Shown: positions 1-10,127 of the stretch, piece by piece
Layout of the letters: every line of letters begins with the position of its first letter
How positions within the stretch are numbered: the first letter of the stretch is position 1
The notes under the pieces: generated by a model
Told to the model about the DNA's origin: nothing
Database searches by the model: none
Seen by the model: only the letters and a program-made list of their open reading frames with translations
Made by a program: the position numbers and the translations under genes
Assembly (NCBI GenBank): GCA_035650735.1
Contig: DASRGZ010000198.1
Span: forward strand, 1-64,000
Origin: Chthonomonadaceae bacterium
Lineage (GTDB): Bacteria > Armatimonadota > Chthonomonadetes > Chthonomonadales > Chthonomonadaceae
Length of the DNA stretch: 64,000 bases
Direction of reading: 5' to 3'

Positions 1-1
1 C

Positions 2-487
2 TACGAAGATGCGCTGCTTCGGAAGCATGGGATGTCCTTCTTCAGCACGGAGCGTTTCGGTCCGCACGGGGAGTACATGCCCATGGAGGCGCGTGTTGAT
101 CTGGAACTGAAGAAAGAGGCCATCGAGAGCGCGGAGGTCAAGCGGCGGCTGCGGCAGGAACCTCTGGGGTTTATCAAGAAATTTGCTATCCAGACAGTCA
201 CCTTCTGGTATATCGTCGAGACGCGCAAGAAGTCGCTGGTCATGGGCGGGATCGCTCTATTAGCGCTGACGCTGGCCGGTTTCGGTCAGTTGCAGGCGCG
301 GCGGAAGGGCATCCATACGTTCCCGGCGCTTTCTGTGGTAATCTATTTCAACCTCATGTATGCGGCTATTCTGGCGTTTGGCCGCTATTCGATGCCGGTC
401 TATCCAACGCTGTTAGTGTTGAGCGCCTATGGCCTGACCCAACTGTGGGCTGCGTGTCGTCCGCACCCGGCGAGCAACGTCCCATAA
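2..487 (+). CDS. 3' part of a polytopic membrane protein, likely GT-C (ArnT/PMT-like) glycosyltransferase; 5' end outside window
   Basis: Frame open from position 2; several hydrophobic helices; RYSMPVYP motif typical of GT-C C-termini; first gene of a sugar cluster. Confidence 0.55.
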   Translation, partial: YEDALLRKHGMSFFSTERFGPHGEYMPMEARVDLELKKEAIESAEVKRRLRQEPLGFIKKFAIQTVTFWYIVETRKKSLVMGGIALLALTLAGFGQLQARRKGIHTFPALSVVIYFNLMYAAILAFGRYSMPVYPTLLVLSAYGLTQLWAACRPHPASNVP

Positions 488-500
488 GGAGTTTAGTTCC

Positions 501-1349
501 ATGATTGAAAACGAGATGCATGCGCAAGAGCGTGAGCAGGCCGAGGAATCGAGCGTGCCGTCCGCGACCGCGGCAGGGCCGCTGGCAGCCGGCCAGGAGG
601 AATCCGCCGAGATGAGCAAGCGCCTGTCGCGCCTGGCGAAACGCCCTCCGCAGGATTATGTGCTTTCCGTCCTGATCCCCGTCTATAACGAGCGCGAGAC
701 GCTGCTGGAGCTGCTGGAGCGCGTGCGCGATGTCGAGATACGCAAAGAGATCATCCTGGTAGACGATGGCTCTACGGACGGCACGCGCGATCTCCTGCGG
801 GAGCAGATCGAGGGCAAGTACCCCGACGTACGGGTCGTCTACCACGAGAAGAACCAGGGCAAGGGCGCCGCGATCCGCACGGCCATCCAGCACGCCACCG
901 GCGATTACATGATCATCCAGGACGCCGACCTGGAGTACGACCCGCGCGAATACTACGCCCTGCTGGAGCCGATCCTGGATGGGCGGGCGGATGTGGTCTT
1001 CGGCAGCCGGTTCCTGGGGGGCGGGGCGCATCGCGTTCACTTCTTCTGGCACCGCATGGGCAACGGCCTGCTGACGCTGCTTTCCAATATGCTGACGAAC
1101 CTGAACCTGACCGATATGGAGGTTTGCTACAAGGTCTTCAAGGCGGAAGTGCTCAAGAATATTGACCTGAAGAGCAACCGCTTTGACTTTGAGCCGGAGA
1201 TCACCGCCAAAGTCGCCAAGAAGCGTTACCGCATCTACGAGGTGCCCATCTCCTATAGCGGGCGCGATTACGAAGAGGGCAAGAAGATCGGCTGGCGCGA
1301 TGGCGTGCAGGCGATCTGGACGATCTTCAAGTACCGCTTCATGGATTAG
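501..1349 (+). CDS. GT2 glycosyltransferase (polyprenol-phosphate mannose synthase-like)
   Basis: [33 protein letters not shown] motifs; AAGGAG RBS. Confidence 0.92.
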   Translation: MIENEMHAQEREQAEESSVPSATAAGPLAAGQEESAEMSKRLSRLAKRPPQDYVLSVLIPVYNERETLLELLERVRDVEIRKEIILVDDGSTDGTRDLLREQIEGKYPDVRVVYHEKNQGKGAAIRTAIQHATGDYMIIQDADLEYDPREYYALLEPILDGRADVVFGSRFLGGGAHRVHFFWHRMGNGLLTLLSNMLTNLNLTDMEVCYKVFKAEVLKNIDLKSNRFDFEPEITAKVAKKRYRIYEVPISYSGRDYEEGKKIGWRDGVQAIWTIFKYRFMD

Positions 1350-1478
1350 CGATTCCCTGCCGCCAGGCTCCCTGCCTTCCGGCGGGGGATACGGCGGCAT
1401 CCGATAGCGGCCTGGGCGAGGAGGCCCATGCCGTCTACGTTTGCCCGATAGAGAGACAATCGGCAGGAGGCGACCTCG

Positions 1479-2453
1479 ATGCTATTGGTTACCGGTGGCG
1501 CCGGGTATATCGGCAGTCACTATGTGCTTTACGCCAGGGAACGCGGCGAGGATGTCGTCGTGCTCGACAACCTGGTTTACGGCCACCAGGAGGCTGTGCC
1601 GGAGGGCGTGCCGCTTGTGGAAGGCAACATGGGCGACCGGGCGCTCCTGGATCGCGTCTTCACCGAGTACCCCATTGATGCCGTCGTCCATTTTGCCGCC
1701 TATGCGTATGTGGGCGAGTCCGTCACCGATCCTTCCAAGTACTATAATAACAATACCGGGGCGGCGCTGGCCGTGCTGGATGCCATGCGCACGCACGGCG
1801 TCAAGTACTTCGTCTTCTCATCCACCTGCGCCACCTACGGCGAGCCGCAGTATATCCCGATGGATGAAAAGCACCCGCAGAACCCGATCAATCCTTATGG
1901 GGAGAGCAAGTACTTTGTGGAGCGCATCCTGAAAGCCTATGACCGGGCCTATGGCCTACGCTTCGTGTCCCTGCGCTACTTCAACGCGGCGGGGGCCGAC
2001 CCACAGGGCCGCATCGGGGAGAGCCACGAGCCCGAGACGCACCTGATCCCGCTGGTGTTGCAGGTGGCGACCGGGCGGCGCGACCACGTTAGCATCTTCG
2101 GCACCGACTACGACACGCCCGACGGCACCTGCATCCGCGACTACATCCATATTCTAGACTTGGCGGAGGCGCACTCCCTGGCGCTGGAGCGGCTGCGCAC
2201 GGGCGGCGCGAGCGAATTCTATAACCTGGGCAGCGAGCAGGGCTACTCCGTCCGGGAAGTCATCGCCACTTGTGAGCGTATTGTTGGCCGGCCCATCAAG
2301 CAGGTCGAAGGGCCGCGCCGTGCCGGAGACCCGCCGCGCCTGGTCGCCAGCGCCACCAAAGCCAAGACGGAGTTGGGCTGGGAGCCCCGCTTCCAGAACC
2401 TGGAGGCGATTATCGAGACCGCCTGGAACTGGGAACAAAATCGCCGTTTCTAA
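1479..2453 (+). CDS. galE: UDP-glucose 4-epimerase
   Basis: [51 protein letters not shown]. Confidence 0.95.
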   Translation: MLLVTGGAGYIGSHYVLYARERGEDVVVLDNLVYGHQEAVPEGVPLVEGNMGDRALLDRVFTEYPIDAVVHFAAYAYVGESVTDPSKYYNNNTGAALAVLDAMRTHGVKYFVFSSTCATYGEPQYIPMDEKHPQNPINPYGESKYFVERILKAYDRAYGLRFVSLRYFNAAGADPQGRIGESHEPETHLIPLVLQVATGRRDHVSIFGTDYDTPDGTCIRDYIHILDLAEAHSLALERLRTGGASEFYNLGSEQGYSVREVIATCERIVGRPIKQVEGPRRAGDPPRLVASATKAKTELGWEPRFQNLEAIIETAWNWEQNRRF

Positions 2454-2535
2454 CCGAAAAGGAAGAAAAAGCATCTTGGTCTCATCAGCTAACTCCTTGA
2501 CTTACCTCTAGATGCCGGAAAGGCAGAAACAGCGC

Positions 2536-3423
2536 ATGAAAGGGATCGTCCTGGCCGGCGGAAGCGGCACGCGCCTCTACCCGGTGACGCAGGCAGTGTC
2601 GAAGCAGTTGTTGCCCATCTACGACAAGCCCATGATCTACTATCCGCTCTCCACGCTCATGCTGGCGGGATTGCGCGACATCCTGCTCATCACAACGCCG
2701 CACGACTTGCCGCTCTTTCAACGGCTACTGGGCGATGGCAATCAATATGGCCTCAACATCCAGTATGCCGAGCAGCCTCAGCCGGAGGGCCTGGCGCAGG
2801 CGTTTCTCATCGGCAGGCGATTCCTGGATGGCGGCCCGGCCTGCCTGATCCTGGGTGATAATCTCTTCTACGGACATGGCCTGTCTGAGCAGTTACGGCA
2901 GGCGGCTCGGTGCACTCAGGGCGCCACCATCTTCGGATACCGGGTGAAAAATCCGCAGCGCTACGGCGTCATCGAGTTTGACGCCAACGATGCCCCTGTC
3001 TCTATCGTGGAGAAGCCCAGAGATCCGAAATCCGATTACGCGGTCGTCGGCCTCTACTTTTACGATAGCCAGATCACCGAGATCGCGGCACAGGTAAAGC
3101 CCTCCTGGCGCGGCGAGCTGGAGATCACCGACGTAAACAACATCTACTTGCAGCGCGGGCAACTGCGGGCCGAAAAGCTGGGACGCGGCATCGCCTGGCT
3201 GGATACCGGAACGCATGAAGCCCTCCTGGCGGCCAGCAACTTCATCGAAGCCATCGAGCAGCGGCAGGGGCTGAAAGTGGCCTGCCTGGAAGAGATCGCC
3301 TACCTGTGCGGCTACATTGATGCCGAGCAGGTGCTGGCGCAGGCCGCAAAACTCAAAAATACCGAGTACGGCCAGTATCTTGAGCGTCTGGTTCAGGAAC
3401 GCCCTCAGCCTTATATTGAATAA
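2536..3423 (+). CDS. rfbA: Glucose-1-phosphate thymidylyltransferase
   Basis: [46 protein letters not shown]. Confidence 0.96.
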   Translation: MKGIVLAGGSGTRLYPVTQAVSKQLLPIYDKPMIYYPLSTLMLAGLRDILLITTPHDLPLFQRLLGDGNQYGLNIQYAEQPQPEGLAQAFLIGRRFLDGGPACLILGDNLFYGHGLSEQLRQAARCTQGATIFGYRVKNPQRYGVIEFDANDAPVSIVEKPRDPKSDYAVVGLYFYDSQITEIAAQVKPSWRGELEITDVNNIYLQRGQLRAEKLGRGIAWLDTGTHEALLAASNFIEAIEQRQGLKVACLEEIAYLCGYIDAEQVLAQAAKLKNTEYGQYLERLVQERPQPYIE

Positions 3424-3468
3424 CTCCCATAACGTAACCGGGCCCTGAATGATCCGTCTGGTCCGCAT

Positions 3469-3765
3469 CCAGACGGGCATTGAAAACCCCCGTCTGGGGG
3501 GCCTACGGCCAAGCGTCCTGGCGGACGCCCCGTTGTGGAAGGGTCTTCCTGCTCTACGCAGGCAGCCGCCTGCCGCCAGGATAGGTGTTCCGTCCGAAGG
3601 ACGCTTGGCGGCGCAGCCGCCCTACAGCGCCGGGGGTTGAACCCCCCCGGCTATGTGGCCTGCGGCCAACCGTCCTCGCGGACGGAACTTTTGGCGAGAG
3701 GGAGCGTCCGAAAGGACGCTTGGCGGCGCAGCCGCCCTACAGACGGGTACTTTCAGTGCCCGTCT
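3469..3765. repeat. REP-like palindrome cluster
   Basis: Two copies of cgtccgaa(a)ggacgcttggcggcgcagccgccctacag (3591-3627, 3705-3742); reverse complement reads GTAG + GGCGGC-TGC-GCCGCC; additional agacggg...cccgtct hairpins. Confidence 0.8.
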
Positions 3766-3790
3766 GCGTAACAGGAATGCATCAGAATAG

Positions 3791-4249
3791 ATGGAACTGG
3801 AAACAACGCTGCCCGGCGTTATCATCAAATCTCTCAAGCGGTATACCGATTCGCGCGGCTGGCTGATAGAGCTTTTCCGCCAAGATGAGCTGCCCGAAGG
3901 CTTCGAGCCCATCATGGGCTATATCTCCCTCACCCACCCCGGCGTGGCGCGCGGCCCCCATGAGCACCGCCACCAGGCGGACGGCTTTGCGTTCCTCTCT
4001 GGGACCTTTGAGATCACGCTCTGGGAGAACCGGCCCGGCAGGGAGCGCGCCAGGCAGGTTCTCCGGGCGGGAGAGGACAATCCGATCTTTCTGGTGGTGC
4101 CGCCGGGCATCGTCCATGCCTACCGGAACGTCGGCACGCAGGATGCGTTCGTGCTTAACTTTCCCAATCGCCTCTACGCCGGATGGGGCCGCGCCGAGCC
4201 GGTGGATGAGATCCGCCATGAAGAGAGCGACTCGGAGTTTCAGCTATGA
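3791..4249 (+). CDS. rfbC: dTDP-4-dehydrorhamnose 3,5-epimerase (short cupin type)
   Basis: DSRGWLIELF, PGVARGPHEH, VPPGIVHAY; position in rfb operon. Confidence 0.85.
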   Translation: MELETTLPGVIIKSLKRYTDSRGWLIELFRQDELPEGFEPIMGYISLTHPGVARGPHEHRHQADGFAFLSGTFEITLWENRPGRERARQVLRAGEDNPIFLVVPPGIVHAYRNVGTQDAFVLNFPNRLYAGWGRAEPVDEIRHEESDSEFQL

Positions 4250-5304
4250 GCGGCGGTTTTAGCAAGACGGTGCTGGTCACCGGCGGGGCGGGCTTCATCG
4301 GCAGCAACTACTGCCGCTATGTGCTGGAGAATCATCCGGATTACCGGGTCGTCGTCCTGGACGCGCTGACCTATGCGGGCAACCTCTCGACCATGGCGGA
4401 CATGCAGGGCGATCCGGAGACCGCGCCGCGCTTCCGCTTCTATCCCGGCAAAATTCAGGATGAAACCGTCGTCAACGGGCTTCTTCGGGCGGAGCCGATA
4501 GACTACATCGTCAACTTCGCCGCCGAGTCCCACAACGACCGCAGCATCCTCGATCCCGGCAGCTTCATCCAGACCGACGTGTACGGCGTGTTCGTCCTGC
4601 TCGACGCCGCGCGCCGCCATAACGTCGAACGCATCCTCCACGTCTCGACGGATGAGGTGTACGGCACGATAGACGAGGGCCAGTTCACCGAGCGGCACCC
4701 GCTGGAACCCAATACGCCCTACTCGGCGAGCAAGGCGGGCGGCGAACTGCAGGCGCGCGCCCATTACATTACCTACGGCACGCCCGTGATCATCACGCGT
4801 TGCGGCAACAACTTCGGGCCTTATCAGTACCCGGAGAAGCTTATTCCGTTCTTCGTCACCCGCCTGATAGACGACAAAAAGGTGCCCCTCTACGGCTCCG
4901 GCCAGCAGGTGCGCGACTGGGTCTACGTCATGGATCACTGCGCCGGCATTGACCTAGCGCTGCATCAGGGCCGCGTGGGCGAAGCCTACAATATCGGGTG
5001 CAATTGGGAGCGGTCCAATATCGAGATCGCGCGCCGCCTGCTGACGCTGCTGGACAAGCCCGAGTCGCTGATCAAACCCATCGGCGATCCGCGCGGCGGC
5101 GCCCACGATAAGCGCTACAGCATCGACTCGACGAAGCTGCGCGCGCTGGGCTGGAAGCCCGCCTACGACTTCGAGAAGGGCCTGGAACAGACGGTGCGCT
5201 GGTACGTGGATCACCAAGCCTGGTGGCGCGATATCGTCGCCAAGCCCGACTACCAGGCGTTCCTCCGGCGGTTCTATGGGCCGTATCTAGGCGAGGACTT
5301 GTAA
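4246..5304 (+). CDS. rfbB: dTDP-glucose 4,6-dehydratase
   Basis: TGGAGFIGSN, DALTYAGN, FAAESH, VSTDEVYG, PYSASK, PEKLIP. Confidence 0.95.
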   Translation: MSGGFSKTVLVTGGAGFIGSNYCRYVLENHPDYRVVVLDALTYAGNLSTMADMQGDPETAPRFRFYPGKIQDETVVNGLLRAEPIDYIVNFAAESHNDRSILDPGSFIQTDVYGVFVLLDAARRHNVERILHVSTDEVYGTIDEGQFTERHPLEPNTPYSASKAGGELQARAHYITYGTPVIITRCGNNFGPYQYPEKLIPFFVTRLIDDKKVPLYGSGQQVRDWVYVMDHCAGIDLALHQGRVGEAYNIGCNWERSNIEIARRLLTLLDKPESLIKPIGDPRGGAHDKRYSIDSTKLRALGWKPAYDFEKGLEQTVRWYVDHQAWWRDIVAKPDYQAFLRRFYGPYLGEDL

Positions 5305-5346
5305 CTGGCCGATAATAAAACCCCTAGCGGTAAGGTTCATCAGGAG

Positions 5347-5850
5347 ATGGGCGAGGTCGTGCGCTGCTGGCAGGCGCTGGCGGAAAAACTGGCGGCAAGG
5401 CGGGTCGAGGGCGCGCGCATCGTCTCCACTAACGGCGTCTTTGACGTGCTGCACGTCGGGCACGTGCGCTACCTTCAGGCGGCGCGCGCCCTCGGCGATC
5501 TGTTGGTCGTCGGCGTCAACGGCGATGCCGGCGTCCGCCGCCTCAAAGGGCCGACCCGTCCCTTCGTGCCGGAAGACGAACGCGCCGAACTGCTGGCGGC
5601 ACTGGCCTGTGTAGACTACGTTACGATTTTTGAGGAACCAACTCCCGAAGCGCTGCTGGAGGTCGTTCGCCCGCACATCCATGTTAAAGGCGGCGACTAC
5701 TGCGTGGAGGACATGCCGGAGACGGCGGTCGTGCGGCATTATGGCGGCGAGGTCGTCACCGTGCCGTTCGTGGCCGGGCGCTCGACAACCGGCCTCGTGG
5801 AACGCATCGCGGAGAGGTTGGCAGAAGCAAATAAAGCGGAATTAGAATGA
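5347..5850 (+). CDS. rfaE2: D-glycero-beta-D-manno-heptose 1-phosphate adenylyltransferase (HldE domain II)
   Basis: TNGVFDVLHVGH, LKGPTRP, VKGGDY, STTG. Confidence 0.9.
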   Translation: MGEVVRCWQALAEKLAARRVEGARIVSTNGVFDVLHVGHVRYLQAARALGDLLVVGVNGDAGVRRLKGPTRPFVPEDERAELLAALACVDYVTIFEEPTPEALLEVVRPHIHVKGGDYCVEDMPETAVVRHYGGEVVTVPFVAGRSTTGLVERIAERLAEANKAELE

Positions 5851-6851
5851 CTCATAGTAATTTTGAACTGCAGCCCAAAGTCAAAACGCCGGAGGGGACT
5901 GCCGCCTATACCCCGAAACGGGAACCAGAGCCCCTGCGACGGCGGAGCGCGCTCTCTATCGCCAGGGCGCTCCTCAAAGGGATGCGGCTCAAGCAGGCAA
6001 CCAAAAATCTCTTCGTTTACGCTGCGCTGGTCTTTGCCGGACATCTCTTTCGTCCGGCGCTCTTTGGGACGGTGACACTGGCATTTCTGCTATTTACCGT
6101 CGTCTCCAGCAGCGTCTACCTGCTCAACGATATTCTCGACGTCGAGCAGGATCGGCAGCATCCGAGGAAGTGCCGACGCCCTATTGCCTCCGGCGAGCTG
6201 CCCGTTCCGGTGGCGTGGACGGCGATGGTGGCGCTCTCCTTGGGCGGGGTGGCCGCCAGTTTTGCGCTGCGTCCGCAGTTTGGCCTGGTCGTCGCGGCGT
6301 ACCTGGCGCTCCAGATCGCCTACTGCTTCTCGCTCAAACATATTGTGTTGCTGGATGTATTTACGGTGGCGGCGGGCTTCGTGATGCGGACGGTGGCGGG
6401 CGGGCTGGTTATCCATGTCCCTATCTCGCAATGGCTGCTGCTGTGCTCGCTGCAACTGGCGCTGTTCCTGGGCTTCGGCAAGCGGCGTCAGGAGTTAGTG
6501 CTTTTGGGCAGCAACGCGGATAAGCACCGCGCCATCCTGGAGGAGTACAGCCTGCCGTTTCTGGATCAGATTATTAACATCGTCTCAGCCGTCACCATCG
6601 TCTGCTACTCGGTCTACAGCGTCGAATCCAATACAGCCCGGCTGCATCCGCATCTGTGGCTCACCGTTCCGTTCGTCATCTTTGGCGTATGCCGTTATCT
6701 TTATCTGGTCTACCAGAAGGGCTGGGGCGGCGCGCCCGACGAGGTTCTGCTCAAAGACCGCGCGCTGCAAGTATCCATCGCGCTCTGGTTTATCACCGTG
6801 ATGCTGCTGTTCTGCTATGATAAGCCGGGACAGTCGCTCTTCCCGCTTTAA
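5847..6851 (+). CDS. UbiA-family polyprenyl-phosphate phosphoribosyltransferase (DPPR synthase-like)
   Basis: YLLNDILDVEQDRQHPRKCRRPIASG, LKHIVLLD, FGKRRQE; multiple TM helices. Confidence 0.85.
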   Translation: MTHSNFELQPKVKTPEGTAAYTPKREPEPLRRRSALSIARALLKGMRLKQATKNLFVYAALVFAGHLFRPALFGTVTLAFLLFTVVSSSVYLLNDILDVEQDRQHPRKCRRPIASGELPVPVAWTAMVALSLGGVAASFALRPQFGLVVAAYLALQIAYCFSLKHIVLLDVFTVAAGFVMRTVAGGLVIHVPISQWLLLCSLQLALFLGFGKRRQELVLLGSNADKHRAILEEYSLPFLDQIINIVSAVTIVCYSVYSVESNTARLHPHLWLTVPFVIFGVCRYLYLVYQKGWGGAPDEVLLKDRALQVSIALWFITVMLLFCYDKPGQSLFPL

Positions 6852-6867
6852 AGACAGGAGGCAAGCC

Positions 6868-7779
6868 ATGCGCGTTCTCGTCACCGGGGCCAACGGTATG
6901 CTCGGCATTGACCTGTGTTCCCTGCTGGAAGCGGCGGGGCATGAGGTCGTTCGAACGGACATCGCCATTCGCGAGGGCCTGAGCGTGCCTGCCTGGGAGC
7001 CGCTGGACATCACGGACACGCAGGCGGTGTTTCATGCGGTGCTGCGCCATCAACCCGACGCGGTGATTCACACGGCCGCCTGCACCGATGTGGACGGGTG
7101 CGAGCGCCACCCCGATACGGCCTACCGGCTCAACGCGCTGGGCACCTGGAACGTGGCGGCGGTCTGCGGCGGGCACCACATTACCCTGATCTACCTGAGC
7201 ACCGACTTCGTTTTTGATGGCACCAAGACGACGCCCTACACCGAGTTTGACACGCCCAACCCGATCAACCACTATGGCGCCTCCAAGCTGGCGGGCGAAC
7301 GCTTTGTAACGCAGCTTTGCCGCAAGCACTTCATCGCCCGCACCGCCTGGCTTTTCGGCGTGCATGGCAAGAGCTTCCCCAATACGATCCTCAACCTGGC
7401 CAAAACGCGCACCGAGCTGCCGGTCGTCACCGATCAGATCGGCAGCCCCACGCACACCGTAGACCTGGCCCGTGTCCTCCTCTCCCTGCTGGACTCGCCG
7501 CTTTACGGCACCTATCACATCACCAACGCAGGCTCCTGCTCCTGGTTTGAGCTGGCCCGCAAGACGCTGGAGCTGGCGGGCATCACGAGCATGGAGGTCA
7601 AGCCTATTCCGGCCAGCCAGTATCCCTCCCCGACGCACCGCCCCGCCTACTCTGTCCTGCGCCATTATGCGCTGGAACTGCAAAGCCGCGACAACCTGCG
7701 TCCCTGGCAGCAGGCGCTTGCCGATTTTCTCGCCCTCCGGGAGCAAAGCAGGCAGTCGGCAGTCGGCAATCGGCAGTAG
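6868..7779 (+). CDS. rfbD: dTDP-4-dehydrorhamnose reductase
   Basis: TGANGMLG, STDFVFDG, YGASKLAGE, DQIGSPT, RPAYSVL; AGGAGG RBS. Confidence 0.95.
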   Translation: MRVLVTGANGMLGIDLCSLLEAAGHEVVRTDIAIREGLSVPAWEPLDITDTQAVFHAVLRHQPDAVIHTAACTDVDGCERHPDTAYRLNALGTWNVAAVCGGHHITLIYLSTDFVFDGTKTTPYTEFDTPNPINHYGASKLAGERFVTQLCRKHFIARTAWLFGVHGKSFPNTILNLAKTRTELPVVTDQIGSPTHTVDLARVLLSLLDSPLYGTYHITNAGSCSWFELARKTLELAGITSMEVKPIPASQYPSPTHRPAYSVLRHYALELQSRDNLRPWQQALADFLALREQSRQSAVGNRQ

Positions 7780-7871
7780 GAAAAACGGGTGCCGCCTTAG
7801 ACGCTTTAGCAGACGGGTTGTACCTGACGACAGAGCGGGTAGGAAAGAGACAGACTCGGAGAGGCATCGCT

Positions 7872-8882
7872 ATGTTGCGTACTACCGTCGTGGGAAGTTG
7901 GCCCGTCGCCAACGCGTTCAAAGACCGCCTCCATCGCTATCACGCAGGCCAACTGACGCCAGGACAAGCAGAAGCGCTTCTCTGTGAAATGGCGGCAACG
8001 GCCATTGCACAGCAACAAGGCTGCGGATTGGACGAGTATACAGGAGGCGAAACCTGGACGGACTGTTTTATTCTGCATTTTCCCAGGCTGCTCGACGGTA
8101 TTGCGCCTACCATGAATCGTGCGGCTTGGGATGGGCGGGGAACCTACCAGGTGGTCGGGCCGTTAGGCGCTCCCAGGGGATTAGGGATCGCCTCTGCTTA
8201 TCGGCGCGAAAAAGCCATCGCGCCGGGCATCACGAAAGTCAATATCCCCGGCCCTTCTGAAATCACCATGATGATAGAGCCAAAGGAGGCCAGAACGGCC
8301 CTTTGGCCGGATGCCATCCGACTCATCCGGGCGGAAATGGAAGCCTGTATCGCCGCTGGCGTTCCGGAAGTGCAGATTGATTTGCCCCATGTGGCAATGA
8401 GCCTTGTAGAGGGCCGATGGGAGACGGAAGCCGCAGTCAATCTCATCAGCCAACTGTTTGGCGGGTTTGAGGGTATCCGACGCAGCGTTCATTTCTGCTA
8501 CGGAGACTTCCAGGCACAGACATGGACGCGGAACCGCAGCTTTCATCCCTTGCTGCCTGCCATCCAGCGACTGGACGGCATCGTAGACCGTATGGTACTC
8601 GAATTCTCCCTGCCGGAGCAGTGGAAGGAGCGCGCTCTGCTGGCAGAGATCCCTGCGAGCATGGAAGTGGCGGCAGGGATCGTGGATGTGAAATCCCCTA
8701 CCATCGAGTCGAGCGAGGAACTCGATTATAAGATCGAGGAACTGCTGCGCTATATGTCAGCAGAACGCCTGCTGATTTGCCCGTCCTGCGGGCTGGGGCG
8801 TCGCAACGTCGAGTTGGCTATAGGCAAAGTAAGCCGGATGGTAGAGGCTGTGGGAAAACGGCGCGGTCTGCCCAAGCAATGA
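7872..8882 (+). CDS. Single-domain (core) cobalamin-independent methionine synthase family protein
   Basis: TTVVGSWP N-terminus; Zn-ligand motifs HFCYG, LEF, PSCGL; lacks the N-terminal barrel of full-length MetE. Confidence 0.8.
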   Translation: MLRTTVVGSWPVANAFKDRLHRYHAGQLTPGQAEALLCEMAATAIAQQQGCGLDEYTGGETWTDCFILHFPRLLDGIAPTMNRAAWDGRGTYQVVGPLGAPRGLGIASAYRREKAIAPGITKVNIPGPSEITMMIEPKEARTALWPDAIRLIRAEMEACIAAGVPEVQIDLPHVAMSLVEGRWETEAAVNLISQLFGGFEGIRRSVHFCYGDFQAQTWTRNRSFHPLLPAIQRLDGIVDRMVLEFSLPEQWKERALLAEIPASMEVAAGIVDVKSPTIESSEELDYKIEELLRYMSAERLLICPSCGLGRRNVELAIGKVSRMVEAVGKRRGLPKQ

Positions 8883-9034
8883 CGGCCCCCTCGTTTGAAC
8901 GCAAGGAAGCCCTCCGCGGCCTGGCGCAGATGGTAGGCGTACCCCTGAGGAAGGCATCCGCCTCAGGCAGGAGACAGTAGATGAAGGAGACAAGCGAGCG
9001 TGCGGAACCAGCAGTTGACTCCTTGTTCCCATGT

Positions 9035-9050
9035 TGGCACAGAATTTGCA
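9035..9050 (+). promoter_or_regulatory. sigma54 -24/-12 promoter
   Basis: TGGCAC-AGAAT-TTGCA, exact consensus spacing, about 65 nt upstream of a PEP-CTERM gene. Confidence 0.8.
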
Positions 9051-9114
9051 TTCCTGGGTGTATCTATCCTCCGCTCTGTAAGCCGGGGAGTGCAGGAAAC
9101 AAGGAGGAGCCAGG

Positions 9115-10071
9115 ATGAAAGCCAAGACGCTTGCTTGGCTGCTGACGGGCAGCCTGCTTCTGCTCATCCACGCCCAGGCGCTGGCCCAGACCATCGCCTA
9201 CTACCGCTTCGAGGAGAGCACGCCCGGCACAAAGGTGCCCGTGACACCCGACGCGCTGGCCCCGGCAGGCAGCCCGGTGCTGGATTACTCCGGCCACGGC
9301 AACAACCTCAAGGCCTTCGCGGACTTCTCCGCACCTACCTACTCCGCCAACGTGCCGGCCGCCTTCATCCCGCAGACGGGGGCGACGAACCAGCACAGTA
9401 TGAGCTTCGTCCCTAACGAGGACCTCTACTCTTTGAACGCGGTCGGGGGCGGGCCTAACGGCGGAACGCTCAACGATCACGCCTTTCCCACCTTTACCGT
9501 TGAGGCTTCGGTCCAATTCAACAGTGTTGACGGGTTCCAAACCTTTGTTGGACGGGATCGGCCCGGGTCCACGCTGGGCTTGTTTTACCTGCGCAAGTGG
9601 GGCAGCTTCGGAGCCAGCGACCCAAACACCAACACCTTCAACGTCACTGTCGTCGCCGACGACAACACCACCTTCGATCTCTGGAGCACGGGAACAGGCC
9701 CCAACGACACGATCAGCACGGTCTCTCCGGGTGTCTGGTATAATGTCGTGGCCGAAAGCGACGGTTCGAGGCTGAGCCTGTTTATCCAGAACCCTACCAC
9801 CAAGGTCTACGAACTGCAAGGCAGCATTCCGATCACGACCCCACTCTCCAGCACAGGATTCACGAACTTCACCATCGGGCGGGGCTGGTTCAACAGCCCG
9901 ACGGACTTCGTCAACGGCACCATTGACGAGGTGCGCATCAGCGACGTCGCTCTGTCTCCCTCGCAGTTTCTCTTCGCTGCGGTTCCGGAGCCTTCTGCCT
10001 GGGCGTTGGCGCTCACGAGTGTACTGACCGGCACCGGCCTGCTCTTGCGCCGCAGACGCGCTGGTGTGTAG
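9115..10071 (+). CDS. Secreted LamG-like jellyroll protein with PEP-CTERM sorting domain
   Basis: Signal peptide; IAYYRFEE, FTVEA, NGTIDEVRISDVALS; VPEPS + TM + RRRR. Confidence 0.88.
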   Translation: MKAKTLAWLLTGSLLLLIHAQALAQTIAYYRFEESTPGTKVPVTPDALAPAGSPVLDYSGHGNNLKAFADFSAPTYSANVPAAFIPQTGATNQHSMSFVPNEDLYSLNAVGGGPNGGTLNDHAFPTFTVEASVQFNSVDGFQTFVGRDRPGSTLGLFYLRKWGSFGASDPNTNTFNVTVVADDNTTFDLWSTGTGPNDTISTVSPGVWYNVVAESDGSRLSLFIQNPTTKVYELQGSIPITTPLSSTGFTNFTIGRGWFNSPTDFVNGTIDEVRISDVALSPSQFLFAAVPEPSAWALALTSVLTGTGLLLRRRRAGV

Positions 10072-10097
10072 AGCCTGGCCTCTATGCCTCCCCTTTC

Positions 10098-10127
10098 CAG
10101 CCTCCCGCCTGCTCGGTGGGAGGCTGT
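10098..10127. terminator. Hairpin downstream of the PEP-CTERM gene, possible terminator
   Basis: cagcctcccgcc ... ggtgggaggctg stem followed by ttgttgt. Confidence 0.5.

Noticed and set aside
366..1400. Long antisense and alternate-frame ORFs (this one and many others, e.g. 20316-21581, 27348-28364, 56638-57705)
   Set aside because: Shadow ORFs expected in high-GC DNA opposite well-supported genes; no motifs
5308..5315. GCCGATA(A/G) as further sigma28 promoters (also 10202 and 27348 on minus)
   Set aside because: No properly spaced TAAA -35 element
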